Source: Rebecca billardiae RCC1528
Lineage: Eukaryota > Protista > Haptophyta
Reading direction: 5' to 3'
Assembly: GCA_965240325.2 (NCBI GenBank)
Contig: OZ251242.1
Coordinates: 744,001-808,000, forward strand
DNA length: 64,000 bases
Made by a program: the position numbers and the translations under genes. Position 1 is the stretch's first letter; each line of letters begins with the position of its first letter. Shown here one piece after another: positions 44,279 through 56,329 of the stretch. The notes below the pieces were generated by a model. That model ran no database searches. It saw only the letters and a program-made list of their open reading frames with translations, and had not been told where the DNA came from.

Positions 44279-45223
44279 ATGGCGGCGGCGGTACCGGCAG
44301 CGTCCGGCCGAAAGCTGGTCGGTGCCGCCCTCATCCTCGTGGCAACGGCATGCGTCGTGCGATGGGCGCCCACGCGCACGGGCGAACGCACGTGGCGAGA
44401 CACTCGCCACGCTGATCATACACTCGCGATCACGTACACGCACGGCCGCACCCGCCAGTACGATCGACGAGTGCTGCGGCCGCAGCTGGAAGCGGCTGTG
44501 CGTGATGGCGCACGCGGGCCGGAGAGCTCGATACCCTTCCAGGCGAGGCAGCCGCCGACGGCCGCAGAGTGCGCACGCAAGCGGCGCCGGAACGCCTGCC
44601 TCCGGGCGCTGTGCATCTACTGCCCCCAGCTGCCAGACGTGAGTTGCCTGGCCAATCTCACGTCGGGGCAGGCGATCCAGTGCGGCGTGGGCCCGCAAGA
44701 TTTGGGTGTGCACGCGCCTCACACGTACCACTACCACTCGTCGTCGCATTCCAACCGCGCGGACATGACGTACTACAACGCTCAACCGCCGCAGACCTCG
44801 CACAGGCGCTCGTCGCCGGTGCAGAGGCTCGTCGGCGACGCGGTGACGACGGCATCGGGTGGTCTGCCCCCCACGCGAGCGAGTGGCACTGCGGAAGAGC
44901 TGGGCGCCGAGGGGCCGCAGCCACCCATCGGATCGTCCCTCGTCGACCGCCATCAGGGCCTTGCCGCGCTGCTCAACCACTGCGACGCCGGGCAGCAGCT
45001 CTTCGTGATGATCGCCTTCCCCCTCTGCCAGCAGTTCTGTGCACAGCCCGCGGAGGTGGCCTCGTCGCTCGCTAAATTGCGCGCCGAGTCCGAACCGGAC
45101 GGCTGCTTTGCGCGTGGGTACGCGCGGGTGCAGGAGCGCAAGCGGCTCTCTGACTTCAATGGCGGTTGGGACGCGCTCGTGTGCGCGTTCGGGGATGTGG
45201 AGGGCTCCGCAGCTCGTGCGTGA
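44279..45223 (+). CDS. Hypothetical Cys-containing protein with N-terminal signal/anchor
   Basis: 314-aa ORF; KLVGAALILVATACVV; AT-rich 3' flank; no family recognised. Confidence 0.6.
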   Translation: MAAAVPAASGRKLVGAALILVATACVVRWAPTRTGERTWRDTRHADHTLAITYTHGRTRQYDRRVLRPQLEAAVRDGARGPESSIPFQARQPPTAAECARKRRRNACLRALCIYCPQLPDVSCLANLTSGQAIQCGVGPQDLGVHAPHTYHYHSSSHSNRADMTYYNAQPPQTSHRRSSPVQRLVGDAVTTASGGLPPTRASGTAEELGAEGPQPPIGSSLVDRHQGLAALLNHCDAGQQLFVMIAFPLCQQFCAQPAEVASSLAKLRAESEPDGCFARGYARVQERKRLSDFNGGWDALVCAFGDVEGSAARA

Positions 45224-47904
45224 GCGCGCCCGCTGCGCCGAGTGCCCGCTGCGCCCGTTCCGTTCTGCGCCACCAACGTCACTGGCAGGCTGTCCGACCC
45301 CGGGACGACAGCGCTGAGCGCGCTCGCGCGGAATAATGCAGCTGCGGATGCATCGGACGACTGCGTGATGCGGCCGCCCTGACTGATATGCTGATGCGCG
45401 CGCATATATTATTATTAGTATTATTTATTATTACTATTATATAATAATAATACATATATATTGATGTATATGTGTGTGTATATATATTCGATCTGACTGT
45501 TCTACTCACTCCGTTTACGTTACTCGCGTCAGTCTTACTGACTCGCTGAGTCGCTCAAGTCTCAAACGTTTACTGGGATTGATGGTGCCCAGCGCCCGCA
45601 GCCTGTGACCCGACACACTGGCTCGCCGGTTGAACTACATCAGGTCCGGCCGGCGGCCGCGCGTCGTCGACAGTCCGTTGCGGCACCGCACTGCTCAACT
45701 TGCAGCACCAGACCGGGCTCCCGGGCCCGGCGCCGACTGCTGCGGCCAGGAATAATTCAGCAGCAGCCGAGTAGAGTGCGCTGATGCTGATGATGACGAC
45801 GGCGCACTGGCGGCGGCCGTGGGCCGCCTGATGCCGCGCATCAATGATGCCGGCGCTGCTAGAGTCTGCTGTGCCCGGCTGACGATCGGGTCCGAGATCG
45901 CCGGTCGGCCCTGTGGCCTGCCGCGCCCGGGTCGGAGGTCCGTGCGAGACTGTCCGTGCGTGCATCGTCTGATCATCAAGTATTTGTTGCTGGCGCCGGA
46001 GAATTCTCCGCAGACTCGGACTAGACTGGGCGGTAGGGTACGACTAACGGCCGTCTTCCGACAACACTGGCGTCAGTTCCCGCCGCCGTCGCGGGCGCGA
46101 CCGCATGCCGCAGCATTGCCTGGCCCGCCTGTGGGCGCCTCGGCGTAGTAGCCGCCGCGCACCACGCGGACCGCCGCGGGCGCACGGCACTGCCCGATCC
46201 GCGAGCCTGGACGGCCAGGCTTGCAGATCGGACCTACCGACTCTGACCTGTGACTTAGTGTGAGAACCGTGAGACTCTGCGGCCTCAGTCGCGCCGCACT
46301 CATGGCTCACTCATCCGGGCATCACTGGCCGTCGTCTGGCCACCACGCGCGCCAGCAGCACGGTGAGCGAGCACGCCTTCTCAACAAACGGAGACAGGCT
46401 GCCTGAGGCGCGACGCGGCCCGCTGACAATGTGACTCACACTTGTCGTGTTTAGTATGAGTCATATTGTCAGCGGGCCGCGTCGCGCCAGCAGTGCCGCC
46501 GCCGGCGGCCGCATCGTCTCAGGCGCAGCGATCTCTCTTCCGTCTTCGCCGCAGCCCATGAGCCCGCACCGGGCCGGAACGGCGAGTGGCGCGCAGCCCG
46601 GCGGCGCTGCTGGGCCCGGATGCCAGGGAGCAATGGGCTTGAGGCGCTCGCAGTGTGGAGACGGCAGGTGCATTTCCTGAATCGCAACTTCCGTATCAAT
46701 CAGCATCACCGCAAGCGCGTGCCGGCGGTGGAGCTCGTTGTCCCGGAAAATGGCACCTGCTGCGGCGTGAGTCAGTCAAGACCATCTCACGCCGTGCCCG
46801 TCCCGCTACAGGGCGAGCTTCGGCCGCAACGGCGCGGTGCGCCACCGCACCGAGCACGTGGCGCCAGAGCGGCGCAAGCAACTGCAGGACCTCGATCGCG
46901 AGACCTTCAGCACGTGGGCCCGCACGAGGCGCGGCGCAACACCTTAGCCCCTGAGATGATTACATCCGACACGGCGAGTGTCACGCGCAGCCGGGGGTGG
47001 CGACAAGAGGTGGACCGAGTAATGACTCAAGAAGGTCGGCAAGAGGGGCGGGACGGGTGGCGGGCGCGTCTCAGCGCGCCCTGACGTCCCGCCGTCGAGC
47101 TGCTCGGCACACCAGCAGGCGTTCGTGAGCCCAAGGAATCAGAGCCTGCCCAGCTTGTCCAGGATTCCGCGGTATGATTCTTTACCGGTCGTCGTCGTAC
47201 CCCATCGGAGACAATTCATCCCGATAGTTCATCATTTGCAACAGCTGAAATTGCTTCTTCATCATCGATATCCCCACGCCGTTTGGCAGCATTCTCATCG
47301 CCTACTACTGTGCCGTATGTATACCCGGATCTCTTCGAGAAGGGAATGTCTTGCCGATTTGGGCGCACCCGCGCTGAGATTTTTATAGGAGCGTACCGCT
47401 TCAGGTAAATGATACTACCTTTCGGCTTTCGAGGTCATTTTTCGGCGATTCGATTTTACGACCATTCTTGACCATTTGATATAGACTGTTGTCCTCACGA
47501 CAACCAAGACATATCATCATCCGCGCTAAGCGACGTCAAAGCTATAGCAATGTCTGTGCTGGCACAATATGATGCTTAAGTACCATACATCAATCTCCAT
47601 ATAGATGAAGCAATCTGCCCATATTGTATTGAAGGGAATTGAACTTCTCGGGTGCGGTCAAGACCTTTGATATCGGTTCACTCGTGACGAATACGGTACA
47701 GGCTCATTACTACCTTCACCTTGCGAAGCGTCGCAAATGGAAACGGCTCGCGTGCTTGATAAGGACAAGGGATCGCGCAGAAGTCATCGCGCGGCCGCTG
47801 CGAAGCAGCACAGCTACGAGGCGAAGGAACCAGTTCAGCGCGCACTGTTGATCACCACCTCTGCCCTGCCCGCGCTGAGCCATCCCCCGGTGCCGAGCCG
47901 CGCG

Positions 47905-49252
47905 ATGGAGCCGCAGCCCCACGCGAGCAACTACCGAATGGGCCACAACCCGCGGCCGTACTCGTACGGCCAGTTCACCTCCTTGCGCGAGATGTGCGCG
48001 TACGGTGCCCCGAAGCAGTCCGCGCAGCCGGCGTCGACCGGCTACGCGAGCGCTCCGCAGCTTGTCCGACCGCCCGGTGCGCCTGGCGGTGGGCTGCAGG
48101 CCGCTGGAGCGGTGCCGACGGCCGCAGCCGTCGAGGCTGGCTCGCCTCGTCGCAAGCCATCGGCCGCTCCGCCGACCAACGACGACCGCCCGCCCACGCC
48201 GACGATGTGCCTGAGCATCATCTCGGACGGCGCGGGCTCCTACGTGCAGCGCGTGCCGCAAGCGGCCGACGAGGCCGGAGCGCAGTGCACCGCGGTGTGC
48301 GGCGCGGCGCCGCCGTCGGTGGCGCAGCCAGTGTGGCAGGCCGGCGCGTGCATCATGCCGCAGCCGCACGCGGGGCAGCACATGCCGGTCGCGCTCGGCG
48401 CGCAGCCGGCGGTGCACTACGCGCCGGTCGCGCCGTCGCCGTACATGGTCGCGCACTCGGCGCAAGTGCACCCAACCGCGCAGGTGCACATGCACGCATG
48501 CGCGAGCGTTGGGGTGGCACCCGCGCAGATTCAGCCCGCGCAGCTCGCCTGGGTCCCAGGCCCGGGACACGCCGCGTACCCCGCGACCCTCGTCGCCGTG
48601 GACCAGCGCGGGTCGGCGCACGAGCACGAGCGCGCCGCGCCCGGCGCGGGCGCGACGGTCGTGCCGGCGTACAACGGCGGCGCGCCGCCGAGCGCGACGA
48701 ATGGGAAAGAGAAGCCCGGGAACGAGCTCATCAACGGCAAGGACGGCAGCAAGGACCACCCGATGCTCTCCTTTGTCAAGGTGGCGAAGACGTTCCACCT
48801 GCCGATCGAGGAGGCGGCGCGCGTGCTCGGCGTGTGCACGTCCATCATCAAGCGCGTGTGCCGCGCGAACGGCGTGCAGCGCTGGCCGTACCGCAAGATC
48901 CACTCGCTCTCGCGCCGAATCGCAACGCTCGAGGAGGAGGTCCAGAACGGCTCCGCCACGTCGAGCCACATACGCGAGCTGGCAACTCTGGTGCGCGCCG
49001 CACCCCCGCTGATGCCCTGCCTGCGCCGCGGCGTGCAGCTCACGGGTGTCGCGCGCGCGCGTGTGCTGCGCTGCGCGCTTGCAGAAGTCCCGCCTACAGC
49101 GCACTCTCGCCGGCGACGACGACGATTCGAAGGACGGCGGCTCTCGCGAAGGCGGCTCGCAGAAGCGGGCACGCGATCAGCCAAACAGCCTGGTGGCCGC
49201 AGCAGCGCTCGCGCAGCCTCTGCCAGTCCCGCCGCACTGCACAGCGCCGTAG
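47905..49252 (+). CDS. RWP-RK (RKD/NIN-like) transcription factor, probably 2 exons (upstream ATG 47737 possible)
   Basis: FHLPIEEAARVLGVCTSIIKRVCRANGVQRWPYRKIHSL; probable phase-0 intron 48991-49084 giving ...RELATL|KSRLQR... with stop at 49252. Confidence 0.88.
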
Positions 49253-50135
49253 GCGCGCTGCGGCGGAGCGGACGGCGGCATGCTGCCGTGCCGATGGTGC
49301 TCGCTGGCGAGCATCGTGTGTGCGCGCATGACTTCCGCTCCCTCCCTTCAGAACCGCGCAGCGTCGATCTCACTCAGGTTGGCGGTGTTCAAGGTGGCCT
49401 CTCACATCACGATGAAGGGGCCGCCGCTTTGCTTCCGCTCCGGACCCTCGGACCCGTCCCGGCCACGGGGCCCGCGCCCGACACGGGCGTGAACGTGTCC
49501 AACGCGTGGTCGCATCCGCCCTGCTCTCTCAGACTCAGTATCTGGCTGCTGACTTGAGTCTTGACGACCAAACGACAGCGCGCGCGCATGGCGGTTGATC
49601 GATTTCGACATCGAACGCCATTCATCAGAATCCGAAGCAGTGAATACACAAATAAATAAATTGTAAATTTATAAAAATAATATTTAAAACTAATTAAGTC
49701 GCGCTCATTTTATAATAATATTCGCATTATTTTTATTAATTGATTATCTGTACTGTATCATAGTAACCTATATATAGACCAGTGCCCAGTCGCGTGATGG
49801 CTCGACGACTGCGCGATCACGAATACTACTACTCGATCAGACTCTGATGAGTCCTGATGGAGCCCCTCAGACAGTCAGAGTCAGACTGTAGTGGGACGAC
49901 GGGCGCCGCGCTGTCTAAGTGTCTACGAGTAGTGGGCCCGCGCCGCGCGCGGCCGGCGGGGCGGCAGCACCGCGGTGCAGTCGGCAGTCGCCGGCGGCTG
50001 CGCGGGACGGCGGGGTGATTCGCGCTTGGTGATTGGTCAGCGTGCCAGCCCCAGTGAAGTGAGCGCGTGCGACTGCGGCCGTCGACGGCGGCCGCCGTCG
50101 ACATCCGGCAGAGGCGTCTGGAACGCCGAGACCTC

Positions 50136-51128
50136 TCAGTCCGAGTCCCCCAGCGCAGCACGGCGCCGCTCTGCGCTCGCGAGCAGCCTGCGGTACTGGG
50201 CACCGTTTGCCCACTTGTTCAGCTCACTGGCCCGCAGGATCGGGAGCGGGTGTGTCAGGCTCTGCGCCTGCGAGCGCGAGATCGCGCCGCCAAGCCGGCT
50301 CTTCGCGCTCTCGTCGAAGCGCTGCACCTGCCGCAGAAACGCCTCCGTCGACAGCTCTGCGCCGAACGCTGCGCTGCCGCCGGCCAGCTTGAGGATGACC
50401 GAGACGACGACGGCCGGGTCCTGGGCGACGAGCAGCGCGGCGCGGTCACAGGTGAGCTCCGCCGAGCGGCGCCACGAGAGGAGCGCCGCGTCGAGCGCCG
50501 CGCCCAGCCGCCGGTCGATCACATCCGCGCCCACCGCGAGCACGTTGGCCACTGTGATCCATAGGCCGTGCTCGCAGACTAGGTGGCCGCACTCGTGCGC
50601 GAGCACGGCCTGCGTCTCGGCCGGGTTGAGCAGGTCGAGGAGGGAGGTGTGCACGACGATGAACGGCCGCCGCCCGTCGACGGCGAGCGTGTAAGCGTTC
50701 GGGTACGGCGACTGCCGCACGTACAGGTCCGGTGGCGTGCGGATCCCGAGGATGGCGCATGCCTCGATCAGCTTAGCATGCAGCGTCGGCATCTGGTCTG
50801 AGGTGACCTGCACGCCCGAGGCGATGTTGTCGAGGAATGAGGCCTCTTCCACGACGGGGAAGAGCACGTTGCGCAGCGCCAGCTCGATCGGCCAGAAGCG
50901 CCGAAGGCCAGCGGTCGCGGCGAGGTCGTCTGGATGCTGGAAGTCGCTCGACTGCAGAGTCGGGAAGCGCAGCCGCTCGGCGGCGGGGGCGACGGCGGTG
51001 CAGAGCGCTCGGCGCGTGGCGGCGCTCCGGACGAGACGCGCAGGCGCGTTCGCGGCGCGTGCCGGGAGCTGCAGCGCGTGCGCAGCTCCCAACGTGAGGA
51101 GGACGGCGGCGGCCCCCATGGCCCACAT
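50136..51128 (-). CDS. M48 (HtpX/Ste24-like) zinc metallopeptidase, probably plastid-targeted
   Basis: Signal peptide; FQHPDD, LYVRQSPYPNAYT, QAVLAHECGH (HExxH), RSAELTCDRAALL, THPLPILRA. Confidence 0.92.
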   Translation of the reverse strand: MWAMGAAAVLLTLGAAHALQLPARAANAPARLVRSAATRRALCTAVAPAAERLRFPTLQSSDFQHPDDLAATAGLRRFWPIELALRNVLFPVVEEASFLDNIASGVQVTSDQMPTLHAKLIEACAILGIRTPPDLYVRQSPYPNAYTLAVDGRRPFIVVHTSLLDLLNPAETQAVLAHECGHLVCEHGLWITVANVLAVGADVIDRRLGAALDAALLSWRRSAELTCDRAALLVAQDPAVVVSVILKLAGGSAAFGAELSTEAFLRQVQRFDESAKSRLGGAISRSQAQSLTHPLPILRASELNKWANGAQYRRLLASAERRRAALGDSD

Positions 51129-51194
51129 GCTCCCCTCGGACCTCCCCCAGCAGTCGTCTCTCGAAGATCGAAAGCGCGCGAAAGAAAGCTGGTC

Positions 51195-52303
51195 CAAGGG
51201 AGTCAAGGGTGCCCGCGCCCCAGTGGCGCGCTCGGCGGATGTTGGCACACAGATTTTTGCCCGCGGCCTGCGGCGGGCGGCGGCGAGGGCGTGCTCCGGT
51301 GGCGGAGCGAGCGCACGGGGCACGGCGCTGCGGGCGCGGATGTGCCCGCGAAGCCGGCGCGTGCGGACGGGCAGTTGCGGGAGAGCATATGGCGCCCTCC
51401 TGCGCCGCGCGACTTGCGCCACGCCTCTTTCGCCTCGGCTCAGAGCAGCGCGCACGCACGCGCCGCCTCAAGGCCAGCCTTGCCGCGCCGCAGCCGGCCG
51501 CGCGCGCGCCGTGCGCGGCGTGGTCGGGAAGGAGCGGGCGCTGCTGCCGGGCGAGATGGCGACATCATGTGCGCACGCCATGCCGCCCCGCCACGCCTTG
51601 ACGAGTGCGTCGTCGGTCCGTTTGCATGCCTCTTTGACTTGTCACAAATGGTGTGCACGGCCTCGCGGTCGTGACCCTTGGCGGGACGATCATTGAGACA
51701 CAGAACAGTGCCAGACGGGCACGCGGGCTACTCTTACATGAATGTTCATCACCGCGTGGTCATGCAGAAGTGCTGGGTGCGACGCTTTCCTCGCGCTGAT
51801 GCTCTTTCATCATCTTCTTCGAGCTCAGGTCTGGCTTCAGGCACGACAAGTAATCAGCGCTCGTCAACAGCTGTGCGGATCCGTTCTCGTGCCCTTTCGC
51901 GGCGCCACGGGGCGGCATGGCGTGCGCACATGATGTCGCCATCTCGCCCGGCAGCAGCGCCCGCTCCTTCCCGACCACGCCGCGCACGGCGCGCGCGCGG
52001 CCGGCTGCGGCGCGGCAAGGCTGGCCTTGAGGCGGCGCGTGCGTGCGCGCTGCTCTGAGCCGAGGCGAAAGAGGCGTGGCGCAAGTCGCGCGGCGCAGGA
52101 GGGCGCCATATGCTCTCCCGTAACTGCCCGTCCGCACGCGCCGGCTTCGCGGGCACATCCGCGCCCGCAGCGCCGTGCCCCGTGCGCTCGCTCCGCCACC
52201 GGAGCACGCCCTCGCCGCCGCCCGCCGCAGGCCGCGGGCAAAAATCTGTGTGCCAACATCCGCCGAGCGCGCCACTGGGGCGCGGGCACCCTTGACTCCC
52301 TTG
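51195..52303. mobile_element. Foldback P/Galileo-like element FB-B, 1109 bp, 7-bp TSD GCTGGTC
   Basis: GCTGGTC|CAAGGGAGTCAAGGG...CCCTTGACTCCCTTG|GCTGGTC; arms 51195-51590 and 51908-52303 (396 bp); 317-bp loop. Confidence 0.93.
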
Positions 52304-52310
52304 GCTGGTC

Positions 52311-53488
52311 CAAGGGCGGTAAGGGCTGTCAACTCCCAGTGGCGGCGGTGACAGAGGTTGGTCAAGGGCGGTAAGGGCTGTCAACTCCCAGTGGCGGCAG
52401 CGCCAGAGGTTGGCTCCCGCTTCGCTGCTGCGCGGCCTCGCTCCAGCGACTAACTCTCGTGGGCGCCCGCCCTGGAGGGCGAGTGGGGCGCGCACGGCGC
52501 GAGCTCCTGCGGCCGTGTACGCGCGCGCGGAGGCGGCGCGCGCGGCTGGGCAGGTGCTAGGGAGTGCATGTCGCCCTCCCACGCCGCGCGCCTTGCTCGC
52601 CGCCGCTGTTGCCGCGCCTGGGGCCAGCGCGCACGCGTGCGCCGCCTCCAGAGCCAGCCTCGGGCCCGCGGCAGCTGGCCGCGCGCGTGTGGTGCGCGGT
52701 CTGGTCGGCGCGAGTCGGTCGGGGCCATCGGGCGAGGTTAACATACTATAGACGCGCGCTCTGCCGCCGCGCGCCGCCGCGCACGGCTGTCATGGGTCGA
52801 CACGCAAGCATCTTAGGTCTGACACGAACTGCAGCACGAATGCGAAAATGCTCATGTTTGGACGCTCATGGAGACGCTGAAGAGCACAACAGACGAGCGC
52901 AGGCGATGGAGAGCGGGGCAATGCACTCATCGGACGCCGTACACGCACCCAATGCGGCCGCCTATCACGCGCATGGGCGCTCACTGTCGCGTGTTCGAGC
53001 TCATTTATGCTTGTCGTGCATTCATCGATCAGCTTCCTTCAACAGCTTCACGGGATGGTACCGGGCCCATGCGCGGCGGCGCGCGGCGGCAGAGCGCGCG
53101 TCTATAGTATGCGAACCTCGCCCGATGGCCCCGACCGACTCGCGCCGACCAGACCGCGCACCACACGCGCGCGGCCAGCTGCCGCGGGCCCGAGGCTGGC
53201 TCTGGAGGCGGCGCACGCGTGCGCGCTGGCCTGAGGCGCGGCGACAGCGGCGGCGAGCAAGGCGCGCGGCGTGGGAGGGCGACATACACTCCCTAGCACC
53301 TGCCCAGCCGCGCGCGCCGCCTCCGCGCGCGCGTACACGGCCGCAGGAGCTCGCGCCGTGCGCGCCCCACTCGCCCCCCGGGGCGGGCGCCCACGAGAGT
53401 TAGTCGCTGGAGCGAGGCCGCGCAGCAGCGAAGCGGGAACCAACCTCTGTCACCGCCGCCACTGGGAGCCCTTATGGTACCGCCCTTG
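52311..53488. mobile_element. Foldback P/Galileo-like element FB-C, 1178 bp including a 52-bp duplicated left end, same TSD GCTGGTC
   Basis: GCTGGTC|CAAGGGCGGTAAGGG...TACCGCCCTTG|GCTGGTC; arms to ~52783 and from ~53070; terminus repeated at 52363. Confidence 0.92.
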
Positions 53489-53583
53489 GCTGGTCGTTGC
53501 TCGGTGTTCCAGAGCTAGCGCGCGCGGGAATGCCAACCTTGAGTTCGGAGGCAGCCGGAGCGGCCGGACCCGAGCACGCCACG

Positions 53584-54681
53584 ATGGCGGCGTTCGCGCC
53601 CGCGCTCGTGCTGCTCGCGCTATGCGCGATACCCGTTGAGGTGCTCACGCCATCGACGCTCCGTGCGCCGCCACCGGTCGAGCTCGGAGACGGGGCCACC
53701 GGCGTGCACGTCGTGCACACCCGCTTCTGCCTTGGCCAAGGCGACCAGCCCGCGCTCGTGGCAGGCCGGATGGAGCTGCTGCGTGCCATCTGCCTGCCGA
53801 GCTTGTTTGCGCAGACCGAGCGCGCATTCATGTGGCTCTTCTACATCGACATGACGCTTACTTCTCCGGCCGTGCGCGAGCTCGTCCAGCTGCTCGGCGC
53901 GGACCCACGCTTCGCCCTCGTGCGCATGCGCACGACGTGGCAGACCATCGTCAGCCGCAAGACTGAGCACGTGTACAACTTGCCTGTGGCGAAGCAGCTG
54001 ACACTCGCCGGCATCGACGCACGCCCGAGCGGCGCGCGAGGCGCGGAGCTCGTGTACGTCTCGACGCGGCTCGACGCGGACGACGGCTTGCCCGCTGGCG
54101 CGATGGCGTACCTGCACGGCCAGGTCCGAGCGCTGCGCCCGCGGCTGAGGCCGTCCGACCCGAAGCTCGATCGCGGCCTCGTGTGCTGGATGGCTGCGCT
54201 CGACTGGTACGCGTCGGACGACGGGCGGCCGAACGTGTACCGGAAGTACTCGGTGAAGCACTGCGTGTCGGTCGGGCTCACCACCTTCTCGCCAAACCCG
54301 CGCGCGCTCACCGCGCACTCGCCGTCGCACACGCGCGCGCGCAACGCGATGCCCGCGCACACGGTCGCGCCAGCTGAGGAGGAGCTGATGCCGCTGCGTG
54401 GGCGCTCGGTCACGTCCGACTCGCTCGAGGGCATGCTCAAGACGAGCACGCAGTCGCGCATGCCGGAGGTGCCCGCACCCGCCGACGAGGTGCTGGCGCG
54501 AGTGCACAATACCTCGCGCGGCATGCTGCGGAGATGCGGCGCGGCGCTGCTCGCACAGAGCGCGCAGATCGCGCGAGAGCAGCTCGCGCGCCGGTGCCTG
54601 GCTGGGTTCGGCTGCCGCTCGGAGACGCAGAAGAAGCTGCAGCTGGCGGCGAGCGGCGCCGTCGTCGCCGAGGGCCCTTGA
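53584..54681 (+). CDS. Putative rhamnosyltransferase-like (Rhamno_transf-type GT-A) protein with signal peptide
   Basis: ALVLLALCA; HVVHTRF, RMELLRAICLPSLFAQTERAFMWLFYID, STRLDADDGL. Confidence 0.8.
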   Translation: MAAFAPALVLLALCAIPVEVLTPSTLRAPPPVELGDGATGVHVVHTRFCLGQGDQPALVAGRMELLRAICLPSLFAQTERAFMWLFYIDMTLTSPAVRELVQLLGADPRFALVRMRTTWQTIVSRKTEHVYNLPVAKQLTLAGIDARPSGARGAELVYVSTRLDADDGLPAGAMAYLHGQVRALRPRLRPSDPKLDRGLVCWMAALDWYASDDGRPNVYRKYSVKHCVSVGLTTFSPNPRALTAHSPSHTRARNAMPAHTVAPAEEELMPLRGRSVTSDSLEGMLKTSTQSRMPEVPAPADEVLARVHNTSRGMLRRCGAALLAQSAQIAREQLARRCLAGFGCRSETQKKLQLAASGAVVAEGP

Positions 54682-54844
54682 GAGCTGTGTGCTGGCATGC
54701 GCGTGGAATACCCATCAGTAAATAGTAGTATGGGTACAGTACCCCCATACAGTACAGTAGTGAGTCTTGACTCTTGAGCAGAGAATGATCGTCGTCGTCT
54801 TTCGCTCTTCATCAGACCGTCGTCGTCGCCGTGCGCGTCGACGC

Positions 54845-56329
54845 ATGTCGGGCGAGAGCATGGCGGGGATTACCCGTCGGCCTGCCTCGCCGCCGGCGTC
54901 GGTGCCGCTGGTGGGACCCAACGACGGCTTCCTGGCGCACATGGAGCATCTGAGGGCCGAGCTGCTGCCCGGCCACGAGAAGCGCGAGTCGATGCAGCCC
55001 ATCGCGCGCGCCATCCAGGAGCGCGTCAGTCTGTACTTCCACCGGCGCCAGCTGGGCGACGGCGCGGCGCAGCAGCTGCTGTCGAGCGCGCTCTCGGACA
55101 TGAGCGTGTGCCTGGCGGGCTGCGAGCCGTTGAGCGAGCTGCGCTGGAGCCTGCTCTCGCACCCCGCGCAGGCGCTCGCCGGAGCGCTCAGCTTCGAGTC
55201 CTTCCTCGCGACCGGCACGCTCGGCGCGCGCCCGGTGCTCGCGTCAACGTGGGCTCCGGTCGCGCCGGTGGATGCGGCCGTCACGGGGCAGCCCAGCGAG
55301 GGCTCCGCTGGCGGGCTGCAGGATACCGAGTGGCTCGGCGGCATGATCTCCGCCGCGCACGAGATCGGGCGCTACGCCTCTGGCCGCGCGACGGCGGGCG
55401 ACGCGAGCTCTGTCACGCTCGCGCTGCGTAGCGTGCGCGCGCTGCACGACGGGCTGCTCGGCTTCGACCTGCGGAACGGCCCGCTGCGCAAGGCGTTCGA
55501 CAGCCTCAAGTACGTCGTGCGCCGGCTCGAGGACACGCTGTACGACCTGAGCCTGTACGCGCCCGACATCACGGCGGCCGTGCCGCCGCCGGACCCGAGC
55601 GAGCCGCCGCCCATCGACACCGGCGCGCTCGAGGCGGCGCGCGCTCGTTACGAGGCGGAGGATGCCGCGCGAGAGGGTGCGATCAAGGCGTCGCGCGACG
55701 TGCAGAAGGCGGCGAAGCAGGCGATCGCGAGCCTGCACCGCGGCGACCTCCCGCGCGCCGAGCAGCTCCTCGCCACCGCCACGGCGGGCGCGCGCGAGCT
55801 GCAGCAGAGTCTGAGCGGCCAGCTCGCGCACCTGCGGCGCGCGTCGTTCGCGCAGGGCATGATGGAGGAGCTGGCGGAGGCATGGCTGCTGCACGGCTGG
55901 ACGCGCGAGCCGTCGGCGTGCGTGCTGCTGCGCCGGGACGCGCCGCCCCTCGTCGGCCTCGAGCTGCTCCCCGCCGAGTACCTCGGCGGCCTCTGCGATC
56001 TCGTCGGCGAGATCGGCCGTACCGCGGTGCACGGCGCGACCGCGCACGACTACGCACTCGTCAACCACGTGCACGCGACGGCGGTGGCCGTGCAGACGGC
56101 CGCGCTCACGCTGGCGAGCGCGTGGCCGCGCCGGCTCGAGGGCAAGCTGGGCGCGCTGCGCACGGCGATCAACAAGCTCGAGCGGCTGCAGTACGAGGGC
56201 GCGCTCATCGCGCGCGGCGCGCATCGCGCGCCGTCCGCAGTCGCAGGGACCGGCGATGAAGCAGGTGGACCTGGCATGCTGCCGGCAAAACGCCGCGCGG
56301 ACGACGAGGAGGGCGACGAGAATATGTGA
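54845..56329 (+). CDS. Tandem two-domain translin-family protein (translin-like + TRAX-like)
   Basis: Domain 1 ends LRNGPLRKAFDSLKYVVRRLEDTLYDLSL; domain 2 REGAIKASRDV...MEELAEA...EYLGGLCDLVGEIGR. Confidence 0.88.
   Translation: MSGESMAGITRRPASPPASVPLVGPNDGFLAHMEHLRAELLPGHEKRESMQPIARAIQERVSLYFHRRQLGDGAAQQLLSSALSDMSVCLAGCEPLSELRWSLLSHPAQALAGALSFESFLATGTLGARPVLASTWAPVAPVDAAVTGQPSEGSAGGLQDTEWLGGMISAAHEIGRYASGRATAGDASSVTLALRSVRALHDGLLGFDLRNGPLRKAFDSLKYVVRRLEDTLYDLSLYAPDITAAVPPPDPSEPPPIDTGALEAARARYEAEDAAREGAIKASRDVQKAAKQAIASLHRGDLPRAEQLLATATAGARELQQSLSGQLAHLRRASFAQGMMEELAEAWLLHGWTREPSACVLLRRDAPPLVGLELLPAEYLGGLCDLVGEIGRTAVHGATAHDYALVNHVHATAVAVQTAALTLASAWPRRLEGKLGALRTAINKLERLQYEGALIARGAHRAPSAVAGTGDEAGGPGMLPAKRRADDEEGDENM

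Noticed and set aside
45570-47100. Protein-coding gene in this interval
   Set aside because: Only short, frame-broken coding-like fragments; no supportable gene model
49620-49650. Fourth copy of the 48-nt unit (ORF reads YSLLRI)
   Set aside because: Match is at the amino-acid level only; the DNA differs
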